Below the pieces are notes generated by a model. It was not told the origin of the DNA, did no database searches, and saw only the letters and a list, made by a program, of their open reading frames with translations. Made by a program: the position numbers and the translations under genes. This document shows, piece by piece, positions 37,095 to 50,900 of a stretch of 64,000 nucleotides of DNA; position 1 is the first letter of the stretch; each line of letters opens with the position of its first letter. This stretch comes from Cycas panzhihuaensis (lineage: Eukaryota; Plantae; Cycadophyta): the NCBI GenBank assembly GCA_023213395.1, contig CM041465.1, positions 77,197,741-77,261,740 of the forward strand, in the 5' to 3' direction.

Positions 37095-39077
37095 TACATT
37101 TAGTCATTTCCATAAGAGTATGGTTCATGCATTTAGTAACACCATTCTGTTGAGGAGTATAAGCAACAAAATACTAAAATATAATTCTGTGCTTTTTATA
37201 ATATGAAATAAATTTATTACTTAAATATTCTTTAGCATTGTCAAATCTAAAGATTTTAATTTTTGAATTAGAATGGTTTTTAACCAACAATTTAAACTCA
37301 ATAAAAATATCAAATATTTGAGTTATAGTTTTGAGCATGTAGACCCAACATTTCTTAGGGAAGTCATCAATAAAAATAATAAAATATTTACTTCCAGAGT
37401 ATAATGGTACTTGGAAGGAGCTATAAATATCTAGGTGTGTAAGTTTGAGAAAATTTTTTACTCAAAATGATGTTTGATGCGAGAATAGATCTATATGTTT
37501 TTTACCTATTACACAAGATTCACAAATACCATAAATAGTAAATAGGGATGGAAGCCCATATATCATATCATGTTGATTTAGATTTTGTAGTTTGCCATAA
37601 CTTGTATGGCCAAACTAGGCATGCTATAGCTTATTAACTAGGTTAAATTCAGCTATAAAGGTACTAAAAGATTTAGTTTTACAATGTTGTAAATTTTTTT
37701 AGTTGTACAAATCTATTTTATAGTTAGTAGATTTTGGAGTAATAATTTTGAATCTATTAAAAAGTTGTTTGATAATGAATTTATCTTTTTAGAATTCGAC
37801 AATAAGGTCTTTATAGTAAATTTGATAAATATATAAGAGACTAGGAAGCAAGTCTAGAACATAGAATATATCTTTGATTGAATCATCTTTTAAGGTAATA
37901 TTACTAGTACCTTTGACTTTCAATTGAGAACCACTTTCGAAAGAGATTTCCTCTTCAGAATTAAGATCAAACTGATAAGTAGTTAAGTATTCTTAGTAGT
38001 CCATCATATGATGGGATGCACTCGAATCTAATACCTATAAAGGTGGTTATAAAGTAAGGGTAGAAAATACTATTGTGATGGCAGTTAAAGAATGATTAGA
38101 GTTATGGGATTATGATTGGATTCTTTTAGAAGCTTTCCAGGCTTTAGAAGGAATTCTACTCCTACAAACATCCATTATATACCCCTTTTTGTGGTAGTAG
38201 GCACAACTAACTTTTTTATTAAGGTTAGAATTAAAAGTATTCTATTTTTAGACTAATTGTTTAGAAGTATTCTAGTTTTTTAATGGCATAGAGTGCTTAG
38301 TATTTTGATTAAAGTTATTTAAAGAAGAATCCTTATAAGGTTTTTAGAATTTAGGATAACTATTATGATTATTTTAATAGTTATTTTGGTTTTTGGATTT
38401 GTTTGGTGACTTAGATTTGGAAAATAGAGCCTAATAAGGATCTTATAATTTTTAAGTCTAAATTAACATTGTCTAGTATTCAATTAGTTAATTTATTAAT
38501 TGATTAAAAGTTATTAAAGTCTATCTAGCCTAGTGCCTAACAGATTTGAAGCGATTAATGTATTTAGGAAGTTTATTAATAGCTAGATGGATGAGTGTAT
38601 CATCATCTTTTGCATGTGTGATAATTTCAACTTTGTCACATACTTTTATTAAAAATTTCATATAATTTCCTAGGTCTTTATTGGTGAGTTGAAGTTTTAA
38701 TAAGAAATCATTAACTTTGGAGAAATCTTTATAGTTTAGATCATACATTTATTACTTAAGAATGAGAAGTGGTTGTACATCAACCTTATTATATTTCTCC
38801 TTAAGTGTTTTTCAGATAAAGACAAGATCATTTGTTTTAGAGAAATGCCTCTTTATGTTTGGCAAGAGAGAGGTTAGGATAATACTTAGGCCTCCATTAC
38901 AATTCATCAGATATACCATATAAGATTTTGATTTAATGTCTATGGGTTTCACAAACTCTCTTGCAACATATTTCCAGAGATTTTGTTACTCAAGGTTATG
39001 GGATATTCTAGTTTTTCAATTAGTGTAATTAGAGCTGGTTAAAACTAGAATTAGAGTATAGGAGTTTTTCCTAGCAT
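34770..39077 (-). pseudogene. copia D gag-pol (disrupted)
   Basis: Starts MLGKTP. KDDDTLIHLAINKLPK (gag), LDSSASHHMM (protease), integrase/RT/RNase H remnants collinear with B. Confidence 0.88.
36988..37092. repeat. (TA)n microsatellite expanded inside the copia D integrase
   Basis: About 105 bp TA run with a TACATACA interruption. Confidence 0.95.
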
Positions 39078-42039
39078 GAGTGCTATATTGGATAAGAAAC
39101 CAATGACGAGAGGCCATCTTTGATAGAAATTTAAGAGAACAAGAAGGTGACAAAAATAAATTAAGCCACAATAAAAGATAATCACAACATTTGATTTCAA
39201 TTAGGAGAAAATATCATTGATTAATTGTAAAGTAAGTATGCATGAATAAATATAGTTGTATTATTATTTTTTGTAAATAACACAAAGAAATAGACCCTTT
39301 AACACATTAAAAGTTGATTGTGAGTAATCAAAAGGTGTAAATTTAATTATACACTTAAAAAATTAGATTAAATATGTAAACATTTACATGTTTATAATAT
39401 CATTTACATCAAATAATAATGAAATAATGATTTAATCATTTGCTTAATAAACTACATGAATTTATTAAAAAATATGCAAGAAAATGATGTAGTTAATTAA
39501 TAAATTTGATAAATGATTAAATGCATATTAAATTAAAGTAATAAATTTGAAAAAATATAAAGAAAATTATTAGTTAAAATCATATACCTTAACTTACCTA
39601 GTTATGATTGGATACTTGACTTCACATGAGGTTTTTCACATCAAGATGGCATCCAAATTACTTGAATGACTGGTCCAAATGTTTACATTTAAATTAGAAA
39701 TCTGATGTAACTTTCAAAACTAAATTTAGAGTTTAGATGAAGAAGTTATGCCCAAAATTATATAGGTACACTATTTGGAATATAGGGGGTTGAAAAATAG
39801 GGGTTAAACCCCTTTTACAAATTGAATAAAGGTCACATGGGGGGGCTCATATGACCATTGGTTGGTGAGAAGGGGGTTAGTGGACTCAAATTTAAATTAA
39901 ACCAAAATTAAAACTTTTTAAATATGAAAAAATATTAGATAAAGATTAATAAACTTTTACATTCGTTTGGATGTAAAAAAATATACATATAAATTATTTA
40001 ACCCTAAATACTTAGGGTTTCAAATGATTTTTGCCCAATTTTTATACAGGGTTGTAGTGGTGGATTTTTTCTTTTATGGCACAAGATCAAATTTCTCCAT
40101 CTATGTATGCATCTTCATTATTCGAATGCCTGATTTGGTTGTGTGATGGTGTCTACATGGCTGCTCTTCTTTTTCATCAGTAGTAAACTCTATATGTATC
40201 TTCAAATTTCTACGGCTTTATATGCACTTAGGCAAGCTTGGACCAAGAGCTTCTAGTATGATCCTAGACATCCGATGTAAGAAGAGGTAACACATAGAAG
40301 TGGAAGCACATAAACACACTGGTTCTTAGGTGGTTTAATACCATACTAGGGCTCATGGAAGGTATTACCAAACCAGACTATCTCTATGTTAACAACACTA
40401 TACATCCCATTAAGTGGAGGAGTTGAGTCTATGATTAGGCTTTTCTTACATATTCAGTAAAAATTCCACTTAGGCATGGACAACATCTCTATTTGACTTG
40501 AGGGAAATTCTTTTGTTCACTATGTTCACTCATATCTTCTTCACCACAACAAATAGTATCTTTAGATATATCTTTATTTGTCTATGACCTTCCACTGGAT
40601 GGTTTCTTAAGTTACTACCCTCCTTTTTGGATGTTTGATGACTTACTTAGACATGAGTTAAATAGATATCTATAATATGATTAGATGGCAAACAATTACT
40701 ATTTTCTTGACATGCAAAATAAGTTTAAAGTATGATATCAACTTTACTAGTCACCTTAGAGACTATTTTTAGATCTTCCTCCACTATAAAAATATGAGAA
40801 CTTTCATAAAAAAAATCCTGATTTATATCCTTTAAATAATCTCTTAAACCTACTCCAAATACTTGCTTCAAAACCCTACTCTAATGCCATGTTGAAGAGA
40901 GGGTATCGTGCATAAACCTTAGCTATAATATCAAAATATCAACTATAAATTAATGAAACAATATACACTAGATGTGGAAGGTGGAAAACTGCTTTAGTAG
41001 AGAAAAAACCACCTCTGAAATAGTAATTTTATAATAATAATAAACCAGAAAACATGGTTACGAGTGAGGATCTCATCCTCTCTCTGATGCTTGACAAACC
41101 TTCTACCTATGTAGCTACATCCAACTAGCCTCCTAAACCTTCCAAGCTAAACATGCTTGAAAGATTCTAGAATAATTATGAGAGAGAAGTTTGTTAAAAT
41201 AGAAGATTATCCATTTCACCAAACTTTTAGTAATAATATATTAACTTTAGTAATTACATACATTATACAATAGTTAGGTATAAAAGGTAACATTAGGGTA
41301 AATATTTCTAATATAACCATTCACTAAATTATAGATTTATATAATATAAAAGAAAATAAATATTATAAGATTAAATGTTAAAAAAAAAGAAAGAGAGAAA
41401 AGAGAAGAATTCTTATATATTTATTAACTTATCTTTGGGTTTAATGATGATTAGTTCTTTCAGTCTCACTGTGTTATTTATTAAATTATAGACTTGTACT
41501 ATCATACATATATATAATCTTGACTAATAGGTTTAGTGATGGCTAATTTACTAGCTTTACATTGACATTTGTTGGATCATAAGCTAGATTGATAAATAAA
41601 AGAGATGTTATAACTAGATAGAATGAGATATTAAAATTATTATTCTTAGATGTCATACCTCAATTTGATTTTTGTGAAGATATAGAGATTCCACATTACC
41701 AAATTATTCTTCTTATTGACTAATTTCTACACTTTTCTACATCTATCAGATCATGCTTTCTAATGTCATTCTATTCACTTACATATATAGGAAAAATAAT
41801 GAGAAAATCTTAGTCCTTTTTTACATTCTTAAATTATTTGAGATTATACTTGTAATGTTATATTAGTATAGGTTTATTTATAGTTTTATTACTCTTTTTT
41901 TTTTGATAAGGTAAAATTATATTGAAGGGGTTTTAACTAGGTCCCCAAACCTTTTACATCAGATCTAATAGTACATGACAGTTTGACCATGACAAGCCCA
42001 TGGTCTAGCCCAGATTAAGAGAGTAGCCTCTCAGACCAA

Positions 42040-45000
42040 TCTATCAGTCCCTCCATTATGAGCATCTTTCCTTACCAGTCTCAGTAACTCTTCCAGGAAT
42101 TCCTCCTTCCACACCATAGATCTCTTTTTTGCCCACATTGATTTGTCAACCAATCACCAGCATTCCCTTCCAGTAAATGTGTTGAATCTGGACTCCACTA
42201 TTTGTCTCCAGAACCTCTTGCACATCTCTGACAATGTCTACATTGTGCCATCCTGGGTCCGCTTCCCCCCTTAAGCAGCTTATCACATATAAGGAGTCCC
42301 CTTCGACGACCACCTTATGAGGACCTTCCTCGCATAAAAGAGCTACCACCCTCTGCATAGCCCACATCTCTGCTCTTTGGTTCATTTGACTCCCAAGATA
42401 ATCCGCAAAGGCCCACCTCAGATTCCTCGAATGATCCCTGCAAAGCCCTCCCCCACCTACCTCTCCAGGATTGCCTTTGGCAGCACCATCAAAGTTGATT
42501 TTGACCCAAGAGAAAGCCGAGGGGGACCACTTAATTACTGGCCTCCTCGCTCTACCCCGTTCCGGGAGACCCACCCCCCAGTTCTCCAAAATACCTTCTT
42601 CCCCCTTAGCTGGGATATCCTCCTTGGGGGGGGACAATGTTTCAGTGATGCCCTTCCTGATTTCCTCTGCCAAAATCGCCCTATCTGTCTCCTTTCCTTC
42701 AAAAATTCTCCTGTTACGTTCTTTCCAAATATTCCAGGCTCCAACTGGCAGGATCATCTTCCAAATTCTAGTCAATATTTTACTCTTGAATGGAGATACC
42801 CAGGCGACCCATTGATCTCTCAGAGTTCTTGAGGAGACCCATTCTACTCCCAGCCTACCCCATATGATGTTCCAAATACCACTGGAATAAGGGCAATAAA
42901 TAGAGAGATGATCCAACGTCTCTACATCCTCTTTACAAAGCACACACCTATTCACCACCTGAATACCCCTCCTCATTAGATTGTCCATAGTAAAGATTTT
43001 GTTTTGCAGACACAGCCACCAAAACGCTGTAATCTTCGAGAGGATCCCCAGCTTCCACACCTCAGCCAACAAATCATTCCTGGTCCAACCTTCCCTGGTA
43101 ACCAGCAAATTATACCCATCTTTGACCGTGTATGATCCCCTAGACAAGATAGGCCATATCAGGATATCAGGAGAGGGCCTCTTCAGGATATACTGATTGT
43201 CCAAAACCCCCTTAACCCTTTGGATCTCCTCCTCGAAACCTTGCAGCTCCTTAAATGATCTCCAATGCTTATCCTTTTGCTGCCCAGTCCAATAATGCTT
43301 GACTAAGTTCCCAAAGCGGGTCTCGCATGTCCTCTTCATAGTTCCAATATTAGGCAAATCCTCTAATTTAGAGGGGCCACTCCATTTATCTTCCCAGAAC
43401 CTTATGCTCTCTCCGTTCCCCAACTTCCATCGCACTCCTTCTTACAGAATAAACCTTGTGGAATAGATAGCTTTCCAGATTGATGAACCCTCGGAACAAG
43501 GGGCCTCCCCCACCAAGAAATGATCACCCCTAAGGTATTTCCTCGCCAAGATGCTCCCCCAAACTGAGTCAGATTCTTTGGTGAGTCTCCATCCTATTTT
43601 GGCTAGGAGCACTATGTTGAAGAGGCCTAATCTTCTAACATTGAGCCCCCCCGCCCATCTAGGCTTGCATACTTTCTCCCAAGACACTAAGTGGAATATC
43701 TTTTTAACATCTACTCCTGACCAAAGAAATCTCCTCATAATACCCTCTAGTGTAGAGGTAACCTTGTCCAGGAATTTGAAGACAGACATCTAATACACAG
43801 GAATGCTCTGGAGGGAGGCAACCACAAGCTGGATTTTTCTGGCCCAGTTGAGAAGTGCCCCTTTCCACCCTTCCAGTTTCCTATTGAATCTGCTCACTAA
43901 AGAATCCCACAGAGCCTTCCCCCCCTCCCCACAAAGAGGGGCATCCCCAAATATGAAGCCGAGAGGGATCTTCTAGGGATCCCCAGAATCCTACTGATCC
44001 TTCTTTGGTGCCTATCCGGGGTGTTGATAAAGAATACTAAGCTTTTCTCTAGATTGATTTTCTGGTTGGTAACTCTTTCGTATACCTGTAGGCCTTCTTT
44101 TAAGGCCCTTGCCTCCTCCAAGGATGCATTGCCCAAGAAAATGTTGTTATCCACAAACTGGTGGTGAACAACATTGTCCAGATTAGAAGTAGCTTTCAGG
44201 CCATTAATCCATCCCAACCTCTGGGCCTCCATAGTATCTCTCCCTAGCAGTTCAGCCATAATTATGAAAAGAAAGGGCGAGAGGGGGTTGCCTTGTCTTA
44301 AGCCCCTGAATCCAGGCACGAATGGGGTTGATCTCCCATTTATAATCACCGAGAACGAAACCCTGGAGATACAGCACTTCATCCAGTCCCTCCAGACCTC
44401 CCCAAAACCAAAGGCTTTTAGGCATTCCATAAGGTAGTCCCAGGCCACCCTGTCGTAGGCCTTGGACATATCAGTTTTGATTATCATCCCTGCTTCCTTC
44501 CTCTGTACGGTCGAATGTAAAGTTTCATGGACTGTGATAATACCGTCCGTGATTTACCTTCCCTTTACAAAACCATCTTAGTTTTGTGATATGATAACCG
44601 GGAGGGTCTCCCTTAATTGATTTGCTAGGACTTTTACCAAAATCTTGTACTTAACGTTGCAGAGGCTAATTGGCCTGAAGTCTTCCATCACTTCCGCACC
44701 CTCCTTCTTTGGTATCAGAACTAGGAATGTAGCCTGCCACTCTTTCAGGATGGTCCGTCTAAGGAAAAATTCATTTAATGCTGATAATAAATCTTCCTTT
44801 ATAATCTCCCAGTAGTCTTGAAAAAAACCAGGCGGAAACCCATCCAGACCTGGAGCCTTATCCCTACCCATACTGAATAGGGCTTGCTCGACTTCTTTAT
44901 GAGAAAATGGTTCCATCAACTTATTATTCATTATCTCAGAGATCACTTTCGGGATAAGATGCAGAAGACCCGCCCTTAGACTTGGATCCTGACAGCCAGG

Positions 45001-46233
45001 TTCTGCGAAAAGGTCCTTAAAATATTCCATCGCAATACCCCCAAACTGATCCTCTGACTCATGTAACACCCCGTCCTTACTTCGAAGTTTACTGATCCTA
45101 TTGTGGGCCCTGTGCTTCAAAGTGGATAGGTGGAAAAACTTGGTATTCCTATCCCCTTCCCTTAACCACTGCTCCCTAGATTTTTATTTCCAGAGAATCT
45201 CCTCCCTAGCCAGTACCTCATCTAATGATCTTGAGATTCAATGTTCCATTTGGTCCAAAGCCTAGGACCTACCCTCTACTTCTATCCTGTCCTCAATCCT
45301 TTTTAACTCCGTCAACAAGGCAACTTTATCTTCAAATATGTTCCCAAAAATCTCCTTATTCCAAATCTTGACTTGTCTTTTTACCTAGTTTAGTTTCCTA
45401 GAAAACCTAAACATAGCGGATCCGTGGACCCTAACACCCCACTATTCACCAATCCGATCCTTAAGATTCGGGTGATTTTACCACATAAGTTCAAAATGGA
45501 AGGGAGCCCTTTTATGATTCCCGTGGGCAGATCCTTCAAGCAATAAAGGGGTGTGATCCGAGCCAACTTTCAGAAGCGCCATCACTTTGGTTCCTTCAAA
45601 ATGATAAGACCACTCGTAATTAGTTAGCACCCTATCCAATCTGCTTTGGATGTGATTGTGGCCTAAACGCCTGTTGGACCAAGTGAACCTAGCCCCCCCT
45701 AGGGGGACATCCATCAAGCCTCCCTCTTGAAGGAATTCTCCAAGGTCAGACATACTTCTAGTCCAACCTGGTTACCCGCCAGATTTCTCTTCCAGACACA
45801 AAGGCATATTGAAATCCCCCGCCACCATCCAAGGACCGCCCCAATTCTTATGGGACTCCAGCAGTCTTTCCCATAAAAACTTCCTACCCCCCTCAGTTGT
45901 GGGGGCATAGACATTGGTGGTCCAGAACTCTTTGTTGGATAACAAACTTACCAGGCCCACGGTTAAAAAATGCTCATGTCGCCTCACCACGTGGCCATTC
46001 CATTTATTTGGATTCCAGAGGGAAGCTAGCCCCCCTGAACCGGCCTGACCTATTACCGCTCTTCCCTCTCCCTTACTCTAAATCTTATTGAGCACCTCTT
46101 TCTCCTTTGCCTGATCCAATTTAGTCTCCTGCAAGAGGACTAAATCAGCTTCATTCCTAATCCTTAAAGTCCTTACCAAACACTGTTTAGAAGGGGCATT
46201 GAGGCCCCTGATGTTCCAAGATAGGACTTTCAT
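42040..46233 (-). pseudogene. LINE-1b ORF2 (APE endonuclease, RT, zf-RVT, RNase H), interrupted by stops and frameshifts
   Basis: MKVLSWNIRGLN...LLQETK, AGDFN, SRLDRVL, SDHTP, DFRPISLCN, DMSKAYDRV, GLRQG.PLSPFLF, RCVLCKEDVETLDHL, KINFDGAAKGNPG, VEGDS. Confidence 0.95.
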
Positions 46234-46235
46234 GG

Positions 46236-47729
46236 TCACCCCAGAACCCCCATCTCAACCCTTTCTACTTCTGAGGGTGGGGCCCTCTAGTGTCCCCCCT
46301 TCCTTTATCGTGCTCTGGAGGCCCAAATCAATCTGGACTTGAGTATCCTTGTCTCTAGTCGTCTTTTTAGGAGGCCTACCTACCTTCTTCTTAACCCCAT
46401 AATCTGGGACCTTCTTCTGATCCATTATGTTCATTTTGGAGACCCATTTACGGGTCCCACCTCCTCCCTCCTCCTAGTCCATGACCCTAGCCCCAACACC
46501 GGTAGAGCCAGCAGCCTCATCGGGACCCAGACTCTCCCGGGGACCTTCCTCAGGCTCTGATAGATAATCCTCTAAATGCCAGTTAGTATTCTTCAAGGTC
46601 CGTGTCAGAGTCGGTACATCAAAAGATGTGGTAGGTGCACCGTCTCCCTTCGAACTCCGGACAACCTTTGGAGGATCATTATAACCCCCTTCCACGCTTG
46701 GGGAGTAAACTGGGTGCCTGACAGCTCCCTTGCCCCCCTCGGAAGCCCCCGTAGTAGCGTTGCCTTATCCTTGAGTTGCCCCCTCAGCTTTCTTCACCTC
46801 AACGGTCTCTGAGGGGCGGTCCAAATCCAGAACCATCACCACCTCCAAACCCTGGCCATTAGCCGGACCCGTGGCTATACATCCTGGGCTAACCCCAACC
46901 TTACCAGTCTCTACGAGGCCGGTGCCTGAGCTCTCCTCCCTAGATTCTCCAGCTACTACACCCTCCTTCCCTTTGGTATCCACCTACTTCTCCTCCCTTG
47001 CAGGAACACCTGGACATCAGAACGGAAGGTGCCCCCAGCTTTTACATTTATCACATCTGAAACCTTCCACTTCATAATATAAGCTTTGAATAATTGACCT
47101 ACCATCAAATTCAATCTCGACCTCCTCTGGGAGCTCATTATCCAATCTAGTAAGAACACATAATCTTGCGTTCATAAGGTGGGACCTATGTCTTGTTGCC
47201 GAATCCGTTGCCAAAAGTGGCCCTATCATCCTAGCCGCCCCTTTAACCGTCACCGGATTCTAAAAGCTGTGGAAGCCACAGCATCCGCACCAGTTGGGGC
47301 TTGTTTGATCACAGGGCTCCTATGATCGAAGTCTGGGTTCCACTTTTCCAATGTCATAGCCTTTCTCCCAAACATCCAGGGAGATTTGAGCAGGATTTGA
47401 ATCAAATCCTCCTAGTTAGCAAACCTGAAAAGGACACCCTTCTAAGACGCCGCCATGACTTGTACTGGATTCCTGGTCTTCCATTTATTCCGGATCCACT
47501 CCCGTATAAAATCCAACCCTGGTCTAGGGCCCGAAAACCTTCCCACCAGGCTATTCTCCCAATATTGAATAGTCTCTTCAGTGATCTCTTTTGGGATTGA
47601 TAGTTTATACCTATTTCCAACCTTGATAGGATATATTTCATATTTGGTTTGGTTTCCATTTCTCAGTGCATCTAGGTATGTCCTCCCCGAGGGAGAGGAC
47701 TGAGACTGGTCTGGTATAGATTACATCAT
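46236..47729 (-). pseudogene. LINE-1b ORF1 (DUF4283-like plus CCHC knuckle), disrupted
   Basis: ATG ATG TAA (likely from CAA), then GRTYLDAL...WENSLVGRFSGPRPG...WIRNKW and GFRCDKCKSWGHLPFRC. Confidence 0.88.
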
Positions 47730-48200
47730 GTTAAGTTAAGATGAAGAATAAACACTACATAGAAAGAACAAGGATTATACTTGCCTCCTTCCTTAGGTTT
47801 CAGCCTCTCGCTGTCTTTCATAAACCCTTACAGTGAGAAACAAGGCCAAAAAGGGCACTGGCCTTCCCACTCTGTCTAGCACCTCCCTGGGGTAGCAATT
47901 TGAAACCGTTCAGCTCTTTATCCTTCTGGTATAGCACTATCCCCCCTCGAGTTCTGCCAAAAACGCCTCCATCCTCCCTTGACAGGATTGGCCAAGCTAC
48001 CACGCCGTCACCTCCGATGCTCCTTGTGATTGGGTCTGAGATCTCTCTAGCCTCCTCATCTTCTCGTCTGACGCCCAAACGATCTGTGGGCTCCTGCCAT
48101 ACCCTTCCATATCTGGGGGGAGCCCCCCCCCATCTGTCTGACCCCTGGAAGCCCTAGCCTGTGGCCGAACTGATTGACGCCTCCTGCAAGCTCGTCTAGG

Positions 48201-48240
48201 GTTCGCCTACGCTGGTTCGCCGTTCGCGTTCGCCGTTCGC
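48201..48240 (-). promoter_or_regulatory. CpG-rich GCGAAC repeats at the LINE-1b 5' end (putative internal promoter)
   Basis: gttcgc occurs 5 times in 40 bp on +, close to the 5' TSD. Promoter role is inferred from position only. Confidence 0.4.
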
Positions 48241-49312
48241 TCTCCTTACCTCTCGCTTTTTATAGTTTTATTACTCTTAATATAGTCTCTAAAATATTAA
48301 ACATTTTGGTAATTAATTCATTGCTTATTCACAAAATGAAATGTTTTAGATTCAATCTCTAATATAACATGTATACAAATCTATGGCATAGAATAATGAT
48401 AATGTTGTATTTATAAATGTAAGATATGATATTGATAATGTTTATTCTTTATTGTGTAAGCTCCATTGTGATCCATTACCAAGGGGATAAACAGATTCCT
48501 TAAATTTGGGCCTCCTCTCTAGAATTTAGGAACATTAGATATGATTTCACTCTCATTAGTTAGATATGCATTAGATTGCATCTAGTTGCTTATCATTTTC
48601 CTCACACTAAATTTAAATGACTATATTTGCTTGTCATTTTATGTTATGCTACATTGTAATTGAGCATTTACTTAGTTTTCTTATGCATCTTACATCCTTT
48701 CTTACAAATGATGGTATGGAATCTATTCTTATAATACCCTTTTTATTACAAAGATATAGCTTTGTAGGTCATCTGTTGAGTTATGGTCACCGTGATATAG
48801 TTTCTCCATTGTGATATTTCTCTCATTACCATTATTTCACATACTTTTCTATTATTTTTCATATATAATTTTTTGTTATCATTTTGAGTCTGACTCTATT
48901 GAGTGTCTATTTTGATTTGACATGAGTTTGTCCTCCTCTGAGAAATTTATTTTAGTGAACATGAGTAATTTTAAAGACTTCTCATCTATATTTATTTTCT
49001 TTTATATTTTTTATCTTGATATTGAATACACTTATTAATTCTTCCTAGTCCATTATACAGATGTCCTCAAGTAGATATAAATGAAGTGGTCATGGCTTGA
49101 AAATAAATACTATCTAAGAAAGTTATGCCCTTTTTATGTCTCTATTTTCTCCCATTGATCTAATCTTATAATGCTCAATGTTGGCTTCATAATATCCCTA
49201 AAAAAATATGTAATTAATATTCATTAGTATAAAAAATTAACTTTTTGATATGTTTTGAGTTTTTTTCCCTCTTTTTCCTCTTTATTTCATGATAGTTACC
49301 TTTACTTTTAAT

Positions 49313-49373
49313 CTCTCTCTGTGTCTCTCTGTGTCTCTTTATCTCTGTCTTTGTCTCTCTCTGTCTCTGTCTC

Positions 49374-49410
<37 letters not shown>

Positions 49411-49427
49411 ATATATATATATATATC
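49313..49427. repeat. Compound (CT)n/(AT)n microsatellite
   Basis: Imperfect then perfect CT run followed by a TA run. Confidence 0.93.
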
Positions 49428-49963
49428 TTAATGAGTTCTTAGATATATATTTAGATGACCACAAATTATCTTCATCCCCTACTTGTTGATGCTCAAGTAA
49501 GGTGTTCTTTATTATGTTAATCATTATTGTTATGGAGTCAACATCATTTATATCAATATATTTGGTTAGATCTCAGTGTCATGTTTCATTCTTTATTTGT
49601 CTATTTCACTTTAACATTGTATTCATTTTTTTTTTATCTACTTTCTTACTCATTTTATTGCTTTAAAGAACTTGTCAAGTGGCTGCTCAAATCAATAAAT
49701 GTATATAAAGATATATGCCTTATCCCTATTCTAAGGTACTCTCACTTTATCTCATATAGAGTTATATTTGAATTTTTCTAATGATTAATAAGTGCTTAGT
49801 AGTTGTCTTATGAGATTATCTTAGAGGTGGCAAATTAGGAAAGGAATCACACATGTGTAATAACAAGTTTAGTAATTAAGAAAAATACATCTTCAATATT
49901 AAATGAGGTAAGAGCCTCTTGTATATACCATTTAATTATTATTTGGAAAAAGAGAAGAAGGAA

Positions 49964-49982
49964 TATATATATATATATATAT

Positions 49983-50035
<53 letters not shown>

Positions 50036-50046
50036 GACATATATAT
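49964..50046. repeat. Compound (AT)n(AC)n microsatellite
   Basis: TA run followed by about 22 AC units. Confidence 0.95.
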
Positions 50047-50099
50047 TGATTTAAGAATATTTCTATAGTAAAAGACATCATATACTTTCATCACACATA

Positions 50100-50900
50100 G
50101 GATAATAGTACTTGTAGTATAAGATTTTCTCTTTCTCCTTAGGTGTAACTTATACGTAGGTTTAATATTGAGTAGAAGAAGTAAAGGTCCCTATACCAGT
50201 AAATAATTACATCATGCAATTCATCTAATAATTCATCAATCATGGGTATTAGAAAAATATTATTGATTACAAGATTATATAAATCCTGATAGCCAACATA
50301 CATTTAGAAGGATCCATCCTTCTTCCTAATAAGAATAACTAATATAAAGTAAGGATTCTTAGTTTGTTCTATAGGCCTTGTCTCTAATAATTCTTGTGTT
50401 AACCTCTCTATTTTTTATTTTCTATGGTGAGAATAAGTGTAGCTTGGGTTATACATAGTTTTCATTATTAATGATGGGATATTATTATGCACATTAGGGT
50501 AGGAATTCTTGTGGAGGCATGCATCCATTATGGATATATAATAGTAGTTGTAAGAGGAACCCAAATATGAGAACTAGTAATAAGTTATTAAGGCGATGAT
50601 TAGATGGAAACCACATTATTTTATGTTTAATATTAAGTTATTATTTTAAATATTTTTGAGTGGTTATGAATTGATTGGAGGCTTGGACTATAGGTAGGTA
50701 GGCTTTTAAAAGTTATTAATTCTCCCAAATATATACACTTATAGGTTCTTTGGATACCTTTACATCCATGAGTATCATGCATTATTTGCATCATGCTTAT
50801 GCCACTCTTTAGTTTGTGATGCAGTAGAAGTGTAATTATTTTCCTTAGGTTAATTCTATTATTGTTAAGATTATGTTATGATAGTTTAGATCATTCTTCC
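50100..50900 (-). mobile_element. Ty3/gypsy RT N-terminal remnant; ends approximate
   Basis: ILVILIRKKDGSF*MYVGYQDLYNLVINNIFLIPMIDELLDELH resembles VLLVKKKDGSWRMCVDYR.LN..TIK.KFPIP.IDELLDEL. Confidence 0.75.

Larger units (their letters stand above)
34275..41313 (-). mobile_element. Ty1/copia LTR retrotransposon D (relative of B, more decayed)
   Basis: 424 bp LTRs at 34275-34698 and 40890-41313. PBS tggcattagagt. PPT aaagggggt. Flanks tagca/taacc (weak TSD). Internal region collinear with B. Confidence 0.92.
41897..48258 (-). mobile_element. Full-length plant L1-clade LINE with RNase H (LINE-1b), the best-preserved LINE in the window
   Basis: 20 bp TSD tttatagttttattactctt at 41877-41896 and 48259-48278. 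Poly(A). CpG-rich 5' end. ORF1 and ORF2. Confidence 0.96.

Noticed and set aside
36979-37206. ORFs with YI, LS, ER or CV repeats (also 49289-49524 and 49847-50032)
   Set aside because: Translations of microsatellites.
42377-44437. Several + strand ORFs overlapping LINE-1b ORF2
   Set aside because: Antisense shadows of the real minus-strand frame.
47711-47785. Apparent GC-AG intron (AG|GCAAGT...CCAG) upstream of LINE-1b ORF1
   Set aside because: An in-frame ATGATG lies inside it, matching the ATGATG start in LINE-1a, so an AT-rich spacer is the simpler reading.
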